In this document: in pieces, positions 39,894 to 52,814 of the stretch
Position numbering within the stretch: position 1 is the stretch's first letter
Layout of the letters: every line of letters begins with the position of its first letter
Origin: Chromera velia
Lineage: Eukaryota
Direction: 5' to 3'
DNA length: 57,465 bases
Assembly: GCA_018398765.1 (NCBI GenBank)
Contig: JAHBMJ010000084.1
Location: forward strand, 1 to 57,465
The notes under the pieces: model-generated
Database searches by the model: none
What the model was told of the DNA's origin: nothing
Seen by the model: the letters and a program-made list of their open reading frames with translations, nothing else
Position numbers and translations under genes: made by a program

Positions 39894-41512
39894 ATGCGGT
39901 CTCTCTTGTCTGCTGGAGTTGTCCTCGGTGCCGCTCTCTCTTGTGAGGTGGGCTGGATCATTTCTGCCTATGTGCTCTGTGTCCCTCACAAGCCTCCGCT
40001 GATTGCGTCTCCGTTCCTGTTGTGTTGCAGGCACTTGAGAGACGGACAGGCTTCGTTGCCCCAGGACTGCGTCTCCAACGCTCCCGTCTCGTCAGTCTCC
40101 GCCTGCTCCGTGTCGCTTCTGTGTGCACATAATTGCCTGTCTGTGTTAGCCCATGCATGCGACGATTGGAAATCGACGGACATGTTTGTCCGAGTCTCGT
40201 GTGAAAGGACAGGTGTCATGTTTCCGTCTCCCTTTGCCCTCTCCGTCTTGTGTTTCAAGTAAGAGCGTCTGCCTGCAAAGTGCAGCGAGGAGGTGCTGAG
40301 ACCTCTGTACGAGAAGTAAAAACTGAACCGTATTTGTCTTTCTGTTCTGTTTGTGCTTGTGTGTGTGTGTGCAGGAGACTGGTGTTTCTTATCGCAGCCC
40401 CTCCTCTTCTTTCCCTGCGCCAGGTCAGTTCTTCGCTGTCGCTGCTATATGTTGAGGGACTTCCCCACAACGCTAAGCGGGCGAAAGCGACCGGTTTGTA
40501 GCTAGATGATGCTGTAAAAGAGAATGCTGGCAGTCAAGAGAGGGGTGGTCTGCCAAACTGACAGGATGTGACGAACACGGAGGGCAGTAGAAGTAGGCGT
40601 TTCAGGGTTGATAGGAGTGAATGAGCACACATTCTGCCGGTTCTTGACGTCATTCTCTCTCCCTTTTATCCACTCGCTCTACTGCTCTTCTCTTGATGTG
40701 CAGATGAGGAGAGCAGCGCCTTCTATCCCTTTCCTGAGGGTGAGATGAACGAGATGAACAGGAATGCTGATGGAACTGCTCTGGCTGCCGCCTCAGCAGC
40801 CCTCCCCTTCCTTCTCTTCGCTCCCTCTCTCGCCCAAGCTGCGGACAGCGCTCCTTCCGTCACCCAGGCGGTGACAGATGCCGGCGCGACGGCAGCTGCA
40901 GATCCTTCCTGGTTCGATCAGTTCATCGCCCTCGTTCAGGGCTCCATCGTGAGCGTGCACGAGGCTCTGGAGGCACAGGGCATTTCTGACTTCGGATGGG
41001 CCATCATTGCAGTGACCATCATGATTCGAATTTTGGTCTCGCCCATTCAGGCCTACTCGACGTATAACGCCCGGAAGACCCAGGCACTGAACCCCATGCT
41101 CCAGGAGATCAAAAAGAAATTCGGGTACAACCCCCAGTTGCAACAGTACGTGACTGGTCAGTCGGCAGACAGACTTCTTTATTTGCGTTCCCGCTCCCTG
41201 TAGAGAAGTGGAAAAAAAAAAGGTGGCAGACTGCATGGTGTTGAAGTCAACTCTTGAACTTCCAAAGCAGCATGATCAGTCAGTCAGTAACGGTCCTCTG
41301 TTGAAGCAAGACAGATTTCGAGAGAAGCCTGGAGGAGCAGAGATTCGTGAGCTGCGAGGGATGAACAGATCTTCAGCAGATTATGAGTAGGCATTCAGAT
41401 TTGCACCTGCACGCATAACTACAGGGCTTTTACCTCCCGGTCTTTCTGTGTGCCATGCATCTCTTGTGTCCCCTCTGTGCGCTCATGTGTTTGTCGTCAC
41501 CCTTTCCTCTAA

Positions 41513-41583
<71 letters not shown>

Positions 41584-42712
41584 CTCTGCAGGTCTGGCAA
41601 TGCAGGAGGCCAAAACCAACCCCCTCGCAGGAGTGCTGCCCTCATTTGCACAGGTGAGGTGAGGAAGGAACAGGGAGGGGAGGGGCCGAAGGGCTTGGAG
41701 GGGGGAAATGTAGGGACATGTGTAGAGAAGAGAAAAGGAGATGTGCGTCCGAAGAGTGAGTCAATTGAGGGCCTCAGGTCGGCGCTGTCAAACAGACTGC
41801 AGCCTGATCCTTTGCTTGCTTTTTCAGTTTGCAAACCGAAGCCAATGCAAGCTCTCTAGTCTGTTCAGTCTGTCAAAAGTGTGCGTTTATGTATCTATGA
41901 ATGTGTGTGTAGATTTCCAAGATAGCGAGAGATGGGGTGCAGGAGTGTAAATGAACGTATAACATGTGTGAGTCTCTTGGTGCTGCGTGCAGATTCCGGT
42001 GTTCATCGCACTCTACAGGTCTCTGAGTAACCTCTCCCAGACGTCCCAGCTGGATGAGCCCTTTCTCTGGATCCCTACTCTTCAGGGTCCGTCTACTTCT
42101 CCATTTTTCTCTTTCTTCTATCCGTACCCTCTCTGTGTGTGTCGCCGCCTCCCATGTTTGCTTCTGTGCGGTCTCTGTGTCCTCTCCCCCCCAACTCCGC
42201 CATTTCTGTCTCTGCGTTTATTTCTCCCTTCCCCCCCCCCCCCNNNNNNNNNNNNNNNNNNNNNNNNNNNNNNNNNNNNNNNNNNNNNNNNNNNNNNNNN
42301 NNNNNNNNCCCCCCCTATCTCGATCTACAGGTCCAACATTTGGACAGAACAACGCCGACTGGCTCTTCAAGTGGGTCGACGGAGTGCCCAAACTCGGCTG
42401 GGAACAGACAGCGCTCTATCTGATCCTCCCTGCCCTCTACACAGGAGTCCAATTTGTCACACAGGCACTCCTCACACCGTCGAAAAAAGACGACCCCAAC
42501 GCGGAACAGAATGAGCAGGTTCGGCTTAATGAGTAGAAATGAAACTCTCCTGTCTGACACACGGATTTGTGCGTCTCTTGATGACTTGTCTTGCCTGTCC
42601 ATCAAGCTCTGTTTTTGCGTTGTTCTTTTTGTCCTTTTACTCTCTACGTCGGACTGTCTGCGTATGGAAAAACTCGACAGAGCCTGTCTGTGTGCCCCCC
42701 CAAGCAACATAT

Positions 42713-42764
<52 letters not shown>

Positions 42765-43764
42765 TCTTTGTGTACGTGCGTGCGTGCGTTCTCTCAGTTG
42801 TTATGTCTGTCTGAGGAAAAAAAAGGAAAAGGAGGGATTCCTCTGGAGTGTTTCGTTGCCTGTCTCTCTTTGCCTGTCTGCAGATTGCCGGTGCTCTCAA
42901 ATTTCTGCCTCTTCTCGTTGGCTGGTTCTCTCTCTCTGTGTCCTCCGCCCTGGTTCTTTACTGGATTGCCTCCAATATTTTTGTCTCCTTGGTTTCCTTC
43001 GGTATGCGTTCCTACTTTGACCAGAACCCCATCACCACAGGTCTGTCAGTCAGGACACCCATGCATGTTCTCTTCCTCTGGTCCATGCATGGTCTGGATC
43101 CACTGCTTTGAGAAGAGGAAGAGCTGAAATAATGAATCTCTACAAAAAGAACGGAAGGAGAGGAATCTGATGGCGGCAACGAAAGATGAAAAGCAGCGGA
43201 AAGAGATGAAAGCGTTTCACTGCAGCCAGAAGACCAGACTGTAGGTAGGCAGAGAGACGCACGGACAGGCGGACAGCCAGACGTACGTACGTACGCACGG
43301 TTGCGTAGACGGACGGATTGATGGATGGATGGATAGACAGGCGGACGGACAGATGGATGAAATAACAGTACAGACAGACGAAAATTCACGACAAGGAAGC
43401 AGGAACGAAAGCATGTCCGTGTACACACAGAGCGTCTCCCATCCTCACGCCCCCCCCCCCATCTGTGTGTGTGTGTGTGCCCCCTTCCCCCCAAACTGAA
43501 ACCATGCAACCAGATTTGAACCTTGAGGATATCCTCCCCCCTTCCATCAAGCGTCTCATGCCGGCAAAGGACGTGGAGCACCTCGTGGAGATGTCATGGG
43601 AGGACCACCTGGCGGAAGCGGAGTTGCATGAGCTGCCTGACAGGAAGCCTGCGAGGGTCCTGTTGGCAGAGCTGCGACCGGAGTCTCCAGCAGTGAAGGC
43701 ATTGAGGAGATCCCCGCAGGCAGAGACGGAGAGAGAACCCGAGGCCGTTGTTGCCTCTCAGTGA
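39894..43764 (+). CDS. ALB3: Plastid Alb3/Alb4-type YidC/Oxa1 membrane protein insertase with a bipartite targeting leader
   Basis: Nine in-frame exons: 39894-39947, 40031-40090, 40375-40423, 40704-41156, 41592-41653, 41993-42086, 42331-42518, 42884-43040, 43514-43764. Motifs FGWAIIAVTIMIRILVSP, NPLAGVLPSFAQIPVFIALYR, FLWIPTLQGP, LKFLPLLVGWFSLSVSSALVLYW. Leader is a signal peptide followed by an R/S-rich transit-like peptide. Confidence 0.88.
41399..41520 (+). repeat. ~120-bp dispersed repeat, copy 1 (in an Alb3 intron)
   Basis: gcacctgcac...tctttctgtgtg...catctcttgtgtcccctctgtgcgctcatgt...tcaccctttcctct.acatctct is shared with 49670-49790. Confidence 0.85.
42244..42308. other. Assembly gap (65 N) flanked by poly-C, in an Alb3 intron
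   Basis: Run of N. Confidence 1.
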
Positions 43765-44375
43765 GTGACACACTGATTTGTATCTCTCACATCGCGCGCA
43801 TGGTGGAGGATCGATCATGCCGAGGACGAATCGGGGAGGGCCCAGGGAACATCATTCTTGTGCGTGTCTGCATTCATGCGTGTGCACGTGTCTTTTTAAG
43901 CCTTTTTACTGGTGGTTTGTACTGGCTGCCTGAAAGTCTTTCTCTTGTAAATTGAAACATACTACCACGTGTATGTTTTCATTCGAATGGAGTCAGTCGC
44001 TGGACTCAGTATGCTGCCTTGATTGTTTGAAAGGCGGTGTCCAGCATTCATGCATACTCCGGCTATTTAATCCATGTTGACATTGCCTTACAGTTCCGAT
44101 GACAATCGAATACTCAGAGGTTCAAGGCAATTGAGCAACACGCTTCACGCCCTTACCAGTGAGACCCGGAATGGAACTGAGACTCCATATAAGCCTTTAA
44201 AAATTCCTTATGTCAGTATATGTCAGTGCATTTTTCGGAATTTTTTCCTTCCATACTATATCAATCTAGTGAATATGTCAATCTAATGAATACTAAAAGA
44301 CTTTAATTTAATTACTCTTTTAAAACATAGAAAGTCATTTTAATAAAATGTTTGATAAAATGTAGGGGAAACTAG

Positions 44376-45350
44376 TTGGGAGATAGGATAGGGTAGGATA
44401 GGATTAATGTCTGGAGGATTGGTCTCCTGCCCCAATGCCGAGCGCTCGACGTGCGGCGTCCAGGAAAAGCATATACAGGCGTCGGACCTTCCTGGCCGGC
44501 CCGCATAGGCTAAAAAGACCTGTGTTGCAAACTGTTTACATGATAATCAATCAATTACTATCAATCGCATGCGAAAGACAGCAATCAATCAACTCTCACT
44601 GACGATGCTGTGGCCCGCCGATCGACCCGGCGGAGCTCAAACAGGCTTCAAACGGAGGCATCTCAAAACAAACGGTCGATCGACTAGAGGCTAATCTCAT
44701 TACTTCCCAGTCACTCAACCTTTTGGTTTCTCCCTCTTCCTTTGCTTACTTCATTTGCTGCCATGTTACTGAATACTCTGCCTGTCTTTTGTTTCTTTCC
44801 TTTTCATTTGACCAAAGGATTTGGTAGGCTTGGTCCAGCTGCATGCTTAATACATCTTGCAGGCTGCATGTATTTCTCTTGCGGCATTCCTTTACGGCAG
44901 CTCGTTTTATGACAACATCCTTCAAAAACTTGTCGACGCTTCCATCTATCTCACTTAAAAGAAAAGAAAACAAGGCAAGCCTTTCTGTCTTTCTGTTTGT
45001 CCCCTCTCCCCATTTTAGCTTTCCTGCTGCTCTTTCCCCCCTCTCTTCATTCCATGTGTCTGAAAAAGCCTGCAAGCAAACAGCCCTCTCGGCATCATAC
45101 AAGGGACACTCGGTCAGAACGTGCACTTCGTCTTTAACCACCTGGATGCCAAGAAGATCAGAGCAAACAATGCATTTTTTGTCATGCAGTGGGGTCCCCC
45201 TCCCTCCATCAAGAGAGAATTTCCCCTTATTGACCTCACGACTCCTCTCTCCCACCCTGAATGCTGCTCTTCTTCTGTGGATTGACCAGGGTGCAACTTT
45301 TCTGTAGTACACAGGGGTCCGCCCGATGCTTTCTCTCTCAATTGAGAGAC
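44376..45350 (-). mobile_element. 5'-truncated non-LTR retrotransposon (LINE) remnant: ORF2 C-terminal zinc knuckle, 3' UTR and (TATCC)n-like tail
   Basis: Intronless ORF 44746-45312 contains FRVG..REVNKGK...KKCIVCS...KDEVHVLTECPLYDAER, a C-x2-C...H...CP-Y motif typical of LINE ORF2 ends. A GC-rich 3' UTR ends in cctatcctaccctatcctatc, with abrupt AT-rich flanks on both sides. Confidence 0.7.
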
Positions 45351-46529
45351 CGTTTTCTCTGACTATAATTTTTCACTATATAATGTGACAGTTTTAACTT
45401 TTTATTCATATTTATTGTACTATTAATAAATTGTTTATACTTAAATCGGTACTATAAAAATATTTATAGTGTAAATTTTTAGCTAAGTTTTAAATGAATT
45501 ATACTAGATATTCACTTTTTTCTTGTCCCGATCCGGATTGCACGAAGTTAGAATTTAATGAATTGTAATTTCAATTGATTGCATACACTCTTTCTGCTCT
45601 GTTAACTAGTCTGTTTAATGCAATTGAATCATGCTGAAATAAAATCAGGTCGAAACTTAGTAAAAGCACATATGCTATTATACCAACTGGTTTCGAAGAT
45701 AGACTTTTGGTAGAGTCCTCCGCATACAAGTCTCCTACCAATTAATGAGACTACCGTACACAGAATCAGCTAGTGCATACAATATCTTGGTTATTGAAAA
45801 AAAATTTAAATCACTAAACTTTCCTAGAAACTTTCAAAAATACACTTTTAAATGAGGTCATTTTTTAAAGTTAAAAAAAAAAAAATGTTGATAAAAAAAA
45901 ATGGTTTGTGACGCTTATTTTTTTTTTTTTTAACGAGATGATTTTATTTCAAAAACACCTAAAAAGTTCGGATTAAAAAGTCAAGTTTGAATCTAAAAAA
46001 TACTCAGATCTGTTTCTTTCATCTGTTTGTTTGCTGTGCAGCCACAAGTTCAAGTGGATACATACTAAGTTTGTCATAAACTCATTATATTTAATAAAAT
46101 TACGATAAAAAGTGAATTCGAAGAACAGTCTATAAAGTTGCAAAGTGTCTTAGCCTCAGTAATACCCTGACTAACTAACAACTTGAATTTCCCAGGAATC
46201 TGTGTCAGTCCTGCCCTAGTTCCTGCCGGAATTTAATGTATTAAAAGCATGCTCAAACATGGTGCGCCTCTATAGCTTGGCCTAATTTAAACATCTTGAT
46301 ATATAGATTATAAGTTATTCTAAAATACATCACGTTGTATAAATTTATTGTATAAGCGAAAAGTAGAAGAGTGTTTTATCAGCTTGTATTCAGCGGTTTC
46401 TATCAGTCTGTAGAGTCAGTGCTATTGCGAGGTCTGTCTCTTTACACTCATCCTGGAGTGTTCATCCATGATCTGGTCCTTCAATCATCCAATCATTCTT
46501 CTCTCTCCTCCTTATTGCAACACTGTATA

Positions 46530-46600
46530 CTGCATTGCATGCATATTGACTGAATTTCAATTGTATGCATGTATGCATGCATATGCATACATATTGACAT
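46530..46600. promoter_or_regulatory. Orphan TGCATGCA cluster
   Basis: TGCATGCA at 46536-46543 and 46574-46581 plus ATGCAT cores; no clear adjacent gene. Confidence 0.3.
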
Positions 46601-48419
46601 ATGCGCGGGATCCTGGCGTTCCTGTACGCGTCTGTATACACCCTAATACACCCTTTTGCTCCAACAGTTATGCGCCGCCACCCTAGCCGCCACCCAAACG
46701 CCCACTTGCCGGCCAAAGGTCCGCTTTAGTAAAGATATGCATGTAGCGTCGCACCTGCATGGCCCACTTTGATCCAACTCTCGGCCTGACAGTGTTACAG
46801 TGCCACCTCAAGGCATGGCTACTTCTTGTACCTGTTCTTGCAATCCTGTGCAAGCAAGCATCCTGAATTTCACTGTATATATAAATTAAACTATACATAT
46901 TATGTTTTTTGGGGGGGGGAAAGCTAAGAATTTAATAGTAGGAAAAAAGTAGGTTGAATTAAGAGATGAATAATTTTTTCTGTAATTTTTTGCAAATTGT
47001 CTAGTTTTTTATCGGTAAATTCATACTGCTAGCTCTGGCAACAGGTGGACATAGCGGGAAGGCCTAGTGCGGAACCTATCAATCAATCAATCATATAAAA
47101 AATATAATAAAAGTTTTTAACTAGGTTTTTCTAGGTTTTTAACGACTGGGCTGATAGTGATGACTTCTAACGATGATGGATCATGATATAACGAGAGAAC
47201 TATCATACAGAAGGGCTAGATCAGGCTTTGGATGACCCCTGGCTGTTAGCAGCGCAATCACGGTTCACAACATGTACTAGCAAGAATATGCGTGGAGGAC
47301 TGATTGTCCACACAACAGACACGCAGCACAACACTGTCCATGAAGCACACACGTCACATATTGACTTTAAATTGACACGATAGCTTCATGAACATTGCAG
47401 GCTGCGGCCTGCTTCTGTGGAGACTGTCCACATTATCGCATGTCAAGCCATTCCCCAGGCCGTCTCTGCAGCAGCAATCACCGCACAGCCAACAAGCGAC
47501 AAGAACTCAGCTCCCAATCAGTCAAGGTTCCGTCCCCCCTCTCCTCTCATCAATTGAAAGAACCAAAAGAATTGAGAGCTGGGGGACAAAGACCGACAGA
47601 CCTACTTGTCGCATGCGTCCATGCACCACGGCCACGCAGTATCATTGCTGCTCCCACACGCACGAAGAAGGGCCACTCAACCCATTCAGGCAGGATAAGG
47701 GAAGAAAAGGGAAAGTGGAAGCAGGGTGACAAAATGCCAAAGTATCCGGGATCAACCGACCTTACCAAATTGCCCAGTCAGACAACTCAGTGAGTCAGTC
47801 AGTCAGGAAACGGTGAGCGCGAAAGTGAGTGAGTGAGTAGTAAGTGCATGAGAGAAGTGAGCGCCTCGAAAGGAAATCCAAAAGGCCTCTCTCTGTCAAC
47901 CAAAAACAGATCCCACTCATCACTCTGTGCTCTTCGGCAGGCCCAACACCGACAGCCAGAGCGCATCATGGGCGTGCTGGATCCATCTCTCTCCCAGGGC
48001 ATCATGAAAAAATGGAACGACAGCAGACCTTGGGCAGCTAGAGAGAAGAATGGTCAGGAAGGAAGAGAAGACAGTGGGCGGATTCCCTTCTTTTTCCCGT
48101 CATACCTCAATGTGTCGACTGTCCAATCTGTGTCGATTTTTCCCTTCCGCTCTTCCTTTTCCTCTTCTCCTCTTTACAAAAGGACTCTCAGTCAATCTCC
48201 GTGCCTCCCTTGTTCCCTCAGTCAATCGGTCAGACAGTCGGCACGTCGACGCAACAGAAGTCCCCGTGGCACCCCCGCCGCATGAAGAAAGCTGTCCCTC
48301 TCTCCCCTTTCACCCTCCTCTACTCTCCCCAGGAGACCAAAGAGAAACACGAGAGGAAAAAGTCGAAGAATGCCGAGCTGCTTCACTCACGTCAGCTGCC
48401 ACTCTCACACAGAAAGCAT

Positions 48420-49321
48420 GTAAGAAGAAAGAAAGAAAGAAAGAAAGAAGGAAAGAAGGAAAGAAGGAAAGAAGGAAGGAAAGCAAGTCAGCGCACCAGT
48501 CACACAGATTGAATGAAAGGAGAGAATGCGAACCACTGACAGCTCTACACGAGGAGGTTCGCATTCAGTCATTGAATTTCCCACAGCAAGCGATCCCGAC
48601 GACCATGCGAGGACACCGACTAATGCTCAGGTGATCTCTGATTTCGGAAACGAACGCACCTTCTCTTTCGGACATCCTGTGAAGATGTGCAGTCAGTCAG
48701 CTAGTCACTCAATCAGTCAGTTAGATACACAAAGAACTTCCTCCATCTTCTTTTCTATACCAGTAGACGCAGTAGGGGAACGCCACTTCCTTCGGTAGGA
48801 GAATTGATTGATTGATGAGAGATCCTTCCTTCCCTTCATCCACTCCCCTCCCCAACACTCTGAGGAGAGGAGAAGAAAAGAAAAAAAACAATCACGGGCG
48901 ACGCACTTTATTCTGAACCCTCCTCTTTCTGCTCTGTTTAGGCACAGCAAGATAGCTAGATCGAAAGAGACTATGAATGAGACAGAGAGAGAGAGAGAGA
49001 AAGATAATGAGACAGAAGGAGAACGAGAGAAACAAACCAGCAGGAAACGTTTCTCTGTCTCTTTCTCTGTCTGTCTCTCTGTCTCTCTCTCTCTCTCCCT
49101 CTCTCTCTGTGCACGTGTGTATAAATATTTGTTCCCGTCTGTTTTTCTTTCTTTCGCACTTCCTTCCTTCCTTCCTTTTCTTTTTTTCTTTCTGAGCTTT
49201 TTTGGAAATCTGCGAAGCCCTACAGTAAAACGCAGCGAAAGAAAGAGAGAGGGAAAGGATAGTTCAGCGTCGTTCAGCTTTCTCACTTGCATGATTCACA
49301 GAGAAAGAAAGGATGCCAGGC

Positions 49322-49357
<36 letters not shown>

Positions 49358-49367
49358 AGAGAAAGAG

Positions 49368-49401
<34 letters not shown>

Positions 49402-49470
49402 GAAGAAAGAAAGAAAGAAAGAAAGGACTGAAAGAAGGGAAGGAAGGAGGAAAAAAAGAAAGAAAGAGAA
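48420..49470. repeat. Purine-rich microsatellite zone: (GAAA)n, (GAAG)n, (GA)n, (CT)n
   Basis: Direct read, e.g. 48424-48482 and 49327-49470. Confidence 0.9.
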
Positions 49471-49669
49471 ATCGGTTCTCGAATAGGACACTTCTCTTTC
49501 ATCAGCGCCGCCAAACATACCGACCGACCGACAGGCAGAGGAAAGGAAAAAGAGCAGCTACAGACGATAGTAAACGGATAGAGACTTGTAAGAGTAAGAC
49601 AGAGACAATATGAGACAATGGCGGGGAGTTTAGAAGCTGAAAAAAAAGGTGAAGTGAGAGAAGTATAGA

Positions 49670-49790
49670 GATGCACCTGCACAACTGCATGGCTTTCACC
49701 TCCCAGTCTTTCTGTGTGACATCTCTTGTGTCCCCTCTGTGCGCTCATGTCTTCTGTCTTCTGGTATCACCCTTTCCTCTCACATCTCTT
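49670..49790 (+). repeat. ~120-bp dispersed repeat, copy 2
   Basis: Homologous to 41399-41520, same orientation, with small indels. Confidence 0.85.
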
Positions 49791-52382
49791 CTCTCTGTTG
49801 AGAGAGAAAGAGGAGGGCGAAGAAAAACAAATCAAAGGAGAACGCACTGCAGAAGCCTTACTGATTGAAGGACCAACTGACCGACAGACGTCTGTCGGCA
49901 ACTCCCCATCCCTTCTCCACCAGAACACGTCTCAGTCAGGTACATTCAGTGCGATTCTTTCATTGTCTTTCAGAGAGTGGGACAGACTGGACAGACCGGA
50001 AAGAAGAAGAGCAGATGGAGACAAAAGTCTAGTCAGGGAAGATTCCTCTCACTTTCTTCGTCCTTGGCCTCCACCTTCAGGATGTCCACTGGTGGAGGCG
50101 CCCTTGCTGCACACGCATGTATGTACGTAAGCACGGAGAGAGTGAGGTACAGACCGGCGTCCAGAGCAAACTGGCATGACTCCGCAAACTCCCCATCTAC
50201 CAAAATCATGACACGTGAGAAGGCTCAATCGGCCGACAGAGCAAAGGTGGGAAGTGTGATGTTGCGGTGCTATTGCGCTCGGGTGCACTTTCTTTCTCCT
50301 GCAGGAAGACTGTCTCTCGATCCCACCCACGTACAATGGACAGAATGACTCCACATCGCCTGTCTCTCTCTCAGACCATTTTTCTTTCATACGCTGTCTC
50401 ACTTTCTTATATCCTCCCTCAATAACTGACGCCTTCTTTCCACCGTCGCCTCCCCCAATCTAGCCTCCCCTGTCTCCAGAAGCACCCACTCTGCAGCGCA
50501 AAGACGCCAAAAAGAAGAACACGATGAAGACAAGCCGAAAAAGACAAAACAGAAACAGATACGTGCAGTCCATCATGCATCAATCGGAGCTGAGCGAGAA
50601 GAAAAATCGACGGTCACTTGCACGCACGGTCTGTCACGCGCCACGACTTCGGAGCACCTCTGACTTTCGTCGAGAGGCCTCGCGAGCGCCGAGTCTGTTG
50701 CATGCCGCGTCTCCCGGGTCCCCTGGAGGTTCGACCGCTCCCTCTCCCGATCACGCTCCTCCTCCAGCTGGCATCTGAGCGCTCGCCCGCGGCTCCGACT
50801 TTGGTCCCCTCTCAATGACGAGGCTGCGCTCTCTCTCGCTTGGTTTCGTACAGTCTCGATCGTCCCGTCTCCACCCCCCTTGTCTGCTCCTGCTCTTGCT
50901 GCTGCTGACACCCTTCTTTGCGTTCACGCCGGCGCTCCAAGAGATCGATCGACCGATCAATCCTTCCCTTCGAGAAACCGCCCCTCCCTTCCTTGCGTTC
51001 TTCTTCTACCCTCCTGCATGCCTGCCTGCCTGCCTGCATGGGACCGTTCCGCTGACTCTCCTCCACTCGATCTTGTCCCCTGCTCTGCTCTGCTCCGCTC
51101 CGTTCCGCGCGCTCGTCGCCGCAGGGCTGGCTGGCTGGCCGGCTGGCTGGCTGGTCGGTCGACTGGCTCCCCGTCCCCTCGCTCTCCTGTCTGTGTCTGC
51201 TCGTCCACTTCTCCACGGTGACCCACATGACAACAGAACACGGATGGTCACATGCCTGCGCGCGCGTACACCCGCTGCCAACAGCCGAACTTGGCTGAAG
51301 ACTGGCATGGACCTCCCGAGGCTTCCTTCCTTCACTTTCATGGAAGGGAACGGAAGCACGCGTGAACAGTCGTGCCAGATAAACCCTCTGGACTGCCGGG
51401 GCAGTACACTTTGCAGTGCCTCAACGTGCCTTCCACGGGGAAGAGACCGACGGAAAACAAACCAAACCAAACAAAACGAAGCCGGCAGACAGTCACTCAC
51501 TCAGAAAGAAAGGGGAACACGCTACACTAAAAAAAAAGACAGAACGGAAAAGTGAAAAGCGACATTCATTTCTTTCCTCTGTCCGCAAATGCAGACGAAT
51601 GTATCCATGCTCTGGCGAATAACACCAGTCTCTGCAAGCCGACGTACTGCCTCTCATGCTGGATGTCCGCGTGAATGCGTCAAGGCCGTGCATTGTTGAA
51701 CAGTCTTGTAAACCGCAGAGTATCATCAGACTCAGAGAGTGTCGCTTTCTCTTGGAAAAACGACGGGCAAGGGGATCGAGGACACCAAAAGCAAAAAGCG
51801 GGTCTCGACATGTCTCAACTGCAAGCCTGGTCCTGACATTCAGATAAGAGGTTGACAGGCCAACTGACTGTTTCGAATCCGTAGAGCGCCTTGACCTAGG
51901 CCTTGACAAGAGCTTCGAGAGGCGCTGGTCGCGTCGGTTGCCGTCATCGTCCACGGGGGCCTGAAAGAGAGGGAAGCGAAGGAGGGAAAGAAAAAGAGAA
52001 AGGGCGCACATTTTGGAGTGAAAACCAGATTGGAGAAAACTTCTTCTTGCATTGAGAGAAAAGATTTGAAGAGACAAATGATTTTGAAGAGAAAAGAGAG
52101 GAAGCGAGCACAAAACCGACTTCCACATCCCATGCGTCGCAACGATGCCAAAGTCTGGACGGATAGGCGTATCCCGGCACTCCCAGCTAAGCGGTAGAGT
52201 GTGAGGGAGTGAGGGAGCGGCAAAGGCGAGAGGACGACAGTATAAGAAAATACTCGGGAGGAATAGACAGAGATAGGACTTCTGAAGAGAGTGATAGTGG
52301 AAGAGTCCAGAAGCAATTGAAACCTAGTACGCGTCAGGAAGCACAGCAAATTCAGGGATGTTCACTCATAAGCGCGCCGGAG

Positions 52383-52814
52383 CATCAGGGAAAGCGCAGG
52401 CGGGGGGTTTGGAGTATTGAATTAAATGTAGCATACATACACGAAGAAAAGCTCACACTATTTCTGAGGGGAGTTTGGCGTCGGGGCGCTCCGCACGTTG
52501 GGATGCCACCATCAGGGCCACCTCCTTCGAAGCCTGGAAGGACGCTGGGTAATTTTCGAATTCCCCATCTCCAACAAAGAATCCTTGATTCTTGCTCGGG
52601 TCCCCCTCGACGTACACACCCCACCCCCTCACCTCGTCGCACACAGCCACCGTGATTCTGATCTTGGTCTCTCTTGTCTCGATTGTCTGGGGCTGCTGCA
52701 TCTGAGCTAGGGAGGGAAGAAGGTAGACGGCAGAGGGAGACTGGCGATTTTTTGCTGCCGTATCTCCTCTGCCGTCATCTCAGGGGGAGGGGGCTGCTGT
52801 TGCTGCTGCTGCTG
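52383..52814 (-). repeat. 432-bp duplicated segment, copy 1 (poly-Q, 35-nt intron, RNase H-like exon)
   Basis: Near-identical to 55508-55939 at a constant offset of 3125 bp, with only a few substitutions. Confidence 0.95.

Noticed and set aside
44565..44625. Hammerhead ribozyme (GAAA ... CTGACGA cores)
   Set aside because: Stems I-III could not be paired around the core motifs.
45868..45935. Inverted repeat GTTA(n)...T(n)AAC as a transposon end or terminator
   Set aside because: The arms are mostly homopolymer runs, expected by chance in AT-rich DNA.
52100..52135. MGCGS N-myristoylation start on the minus strand
   Set aside because: Splicing to the next acceptor gives a stop within a few codons, and the unspliced frame runs into intron-like sequence.
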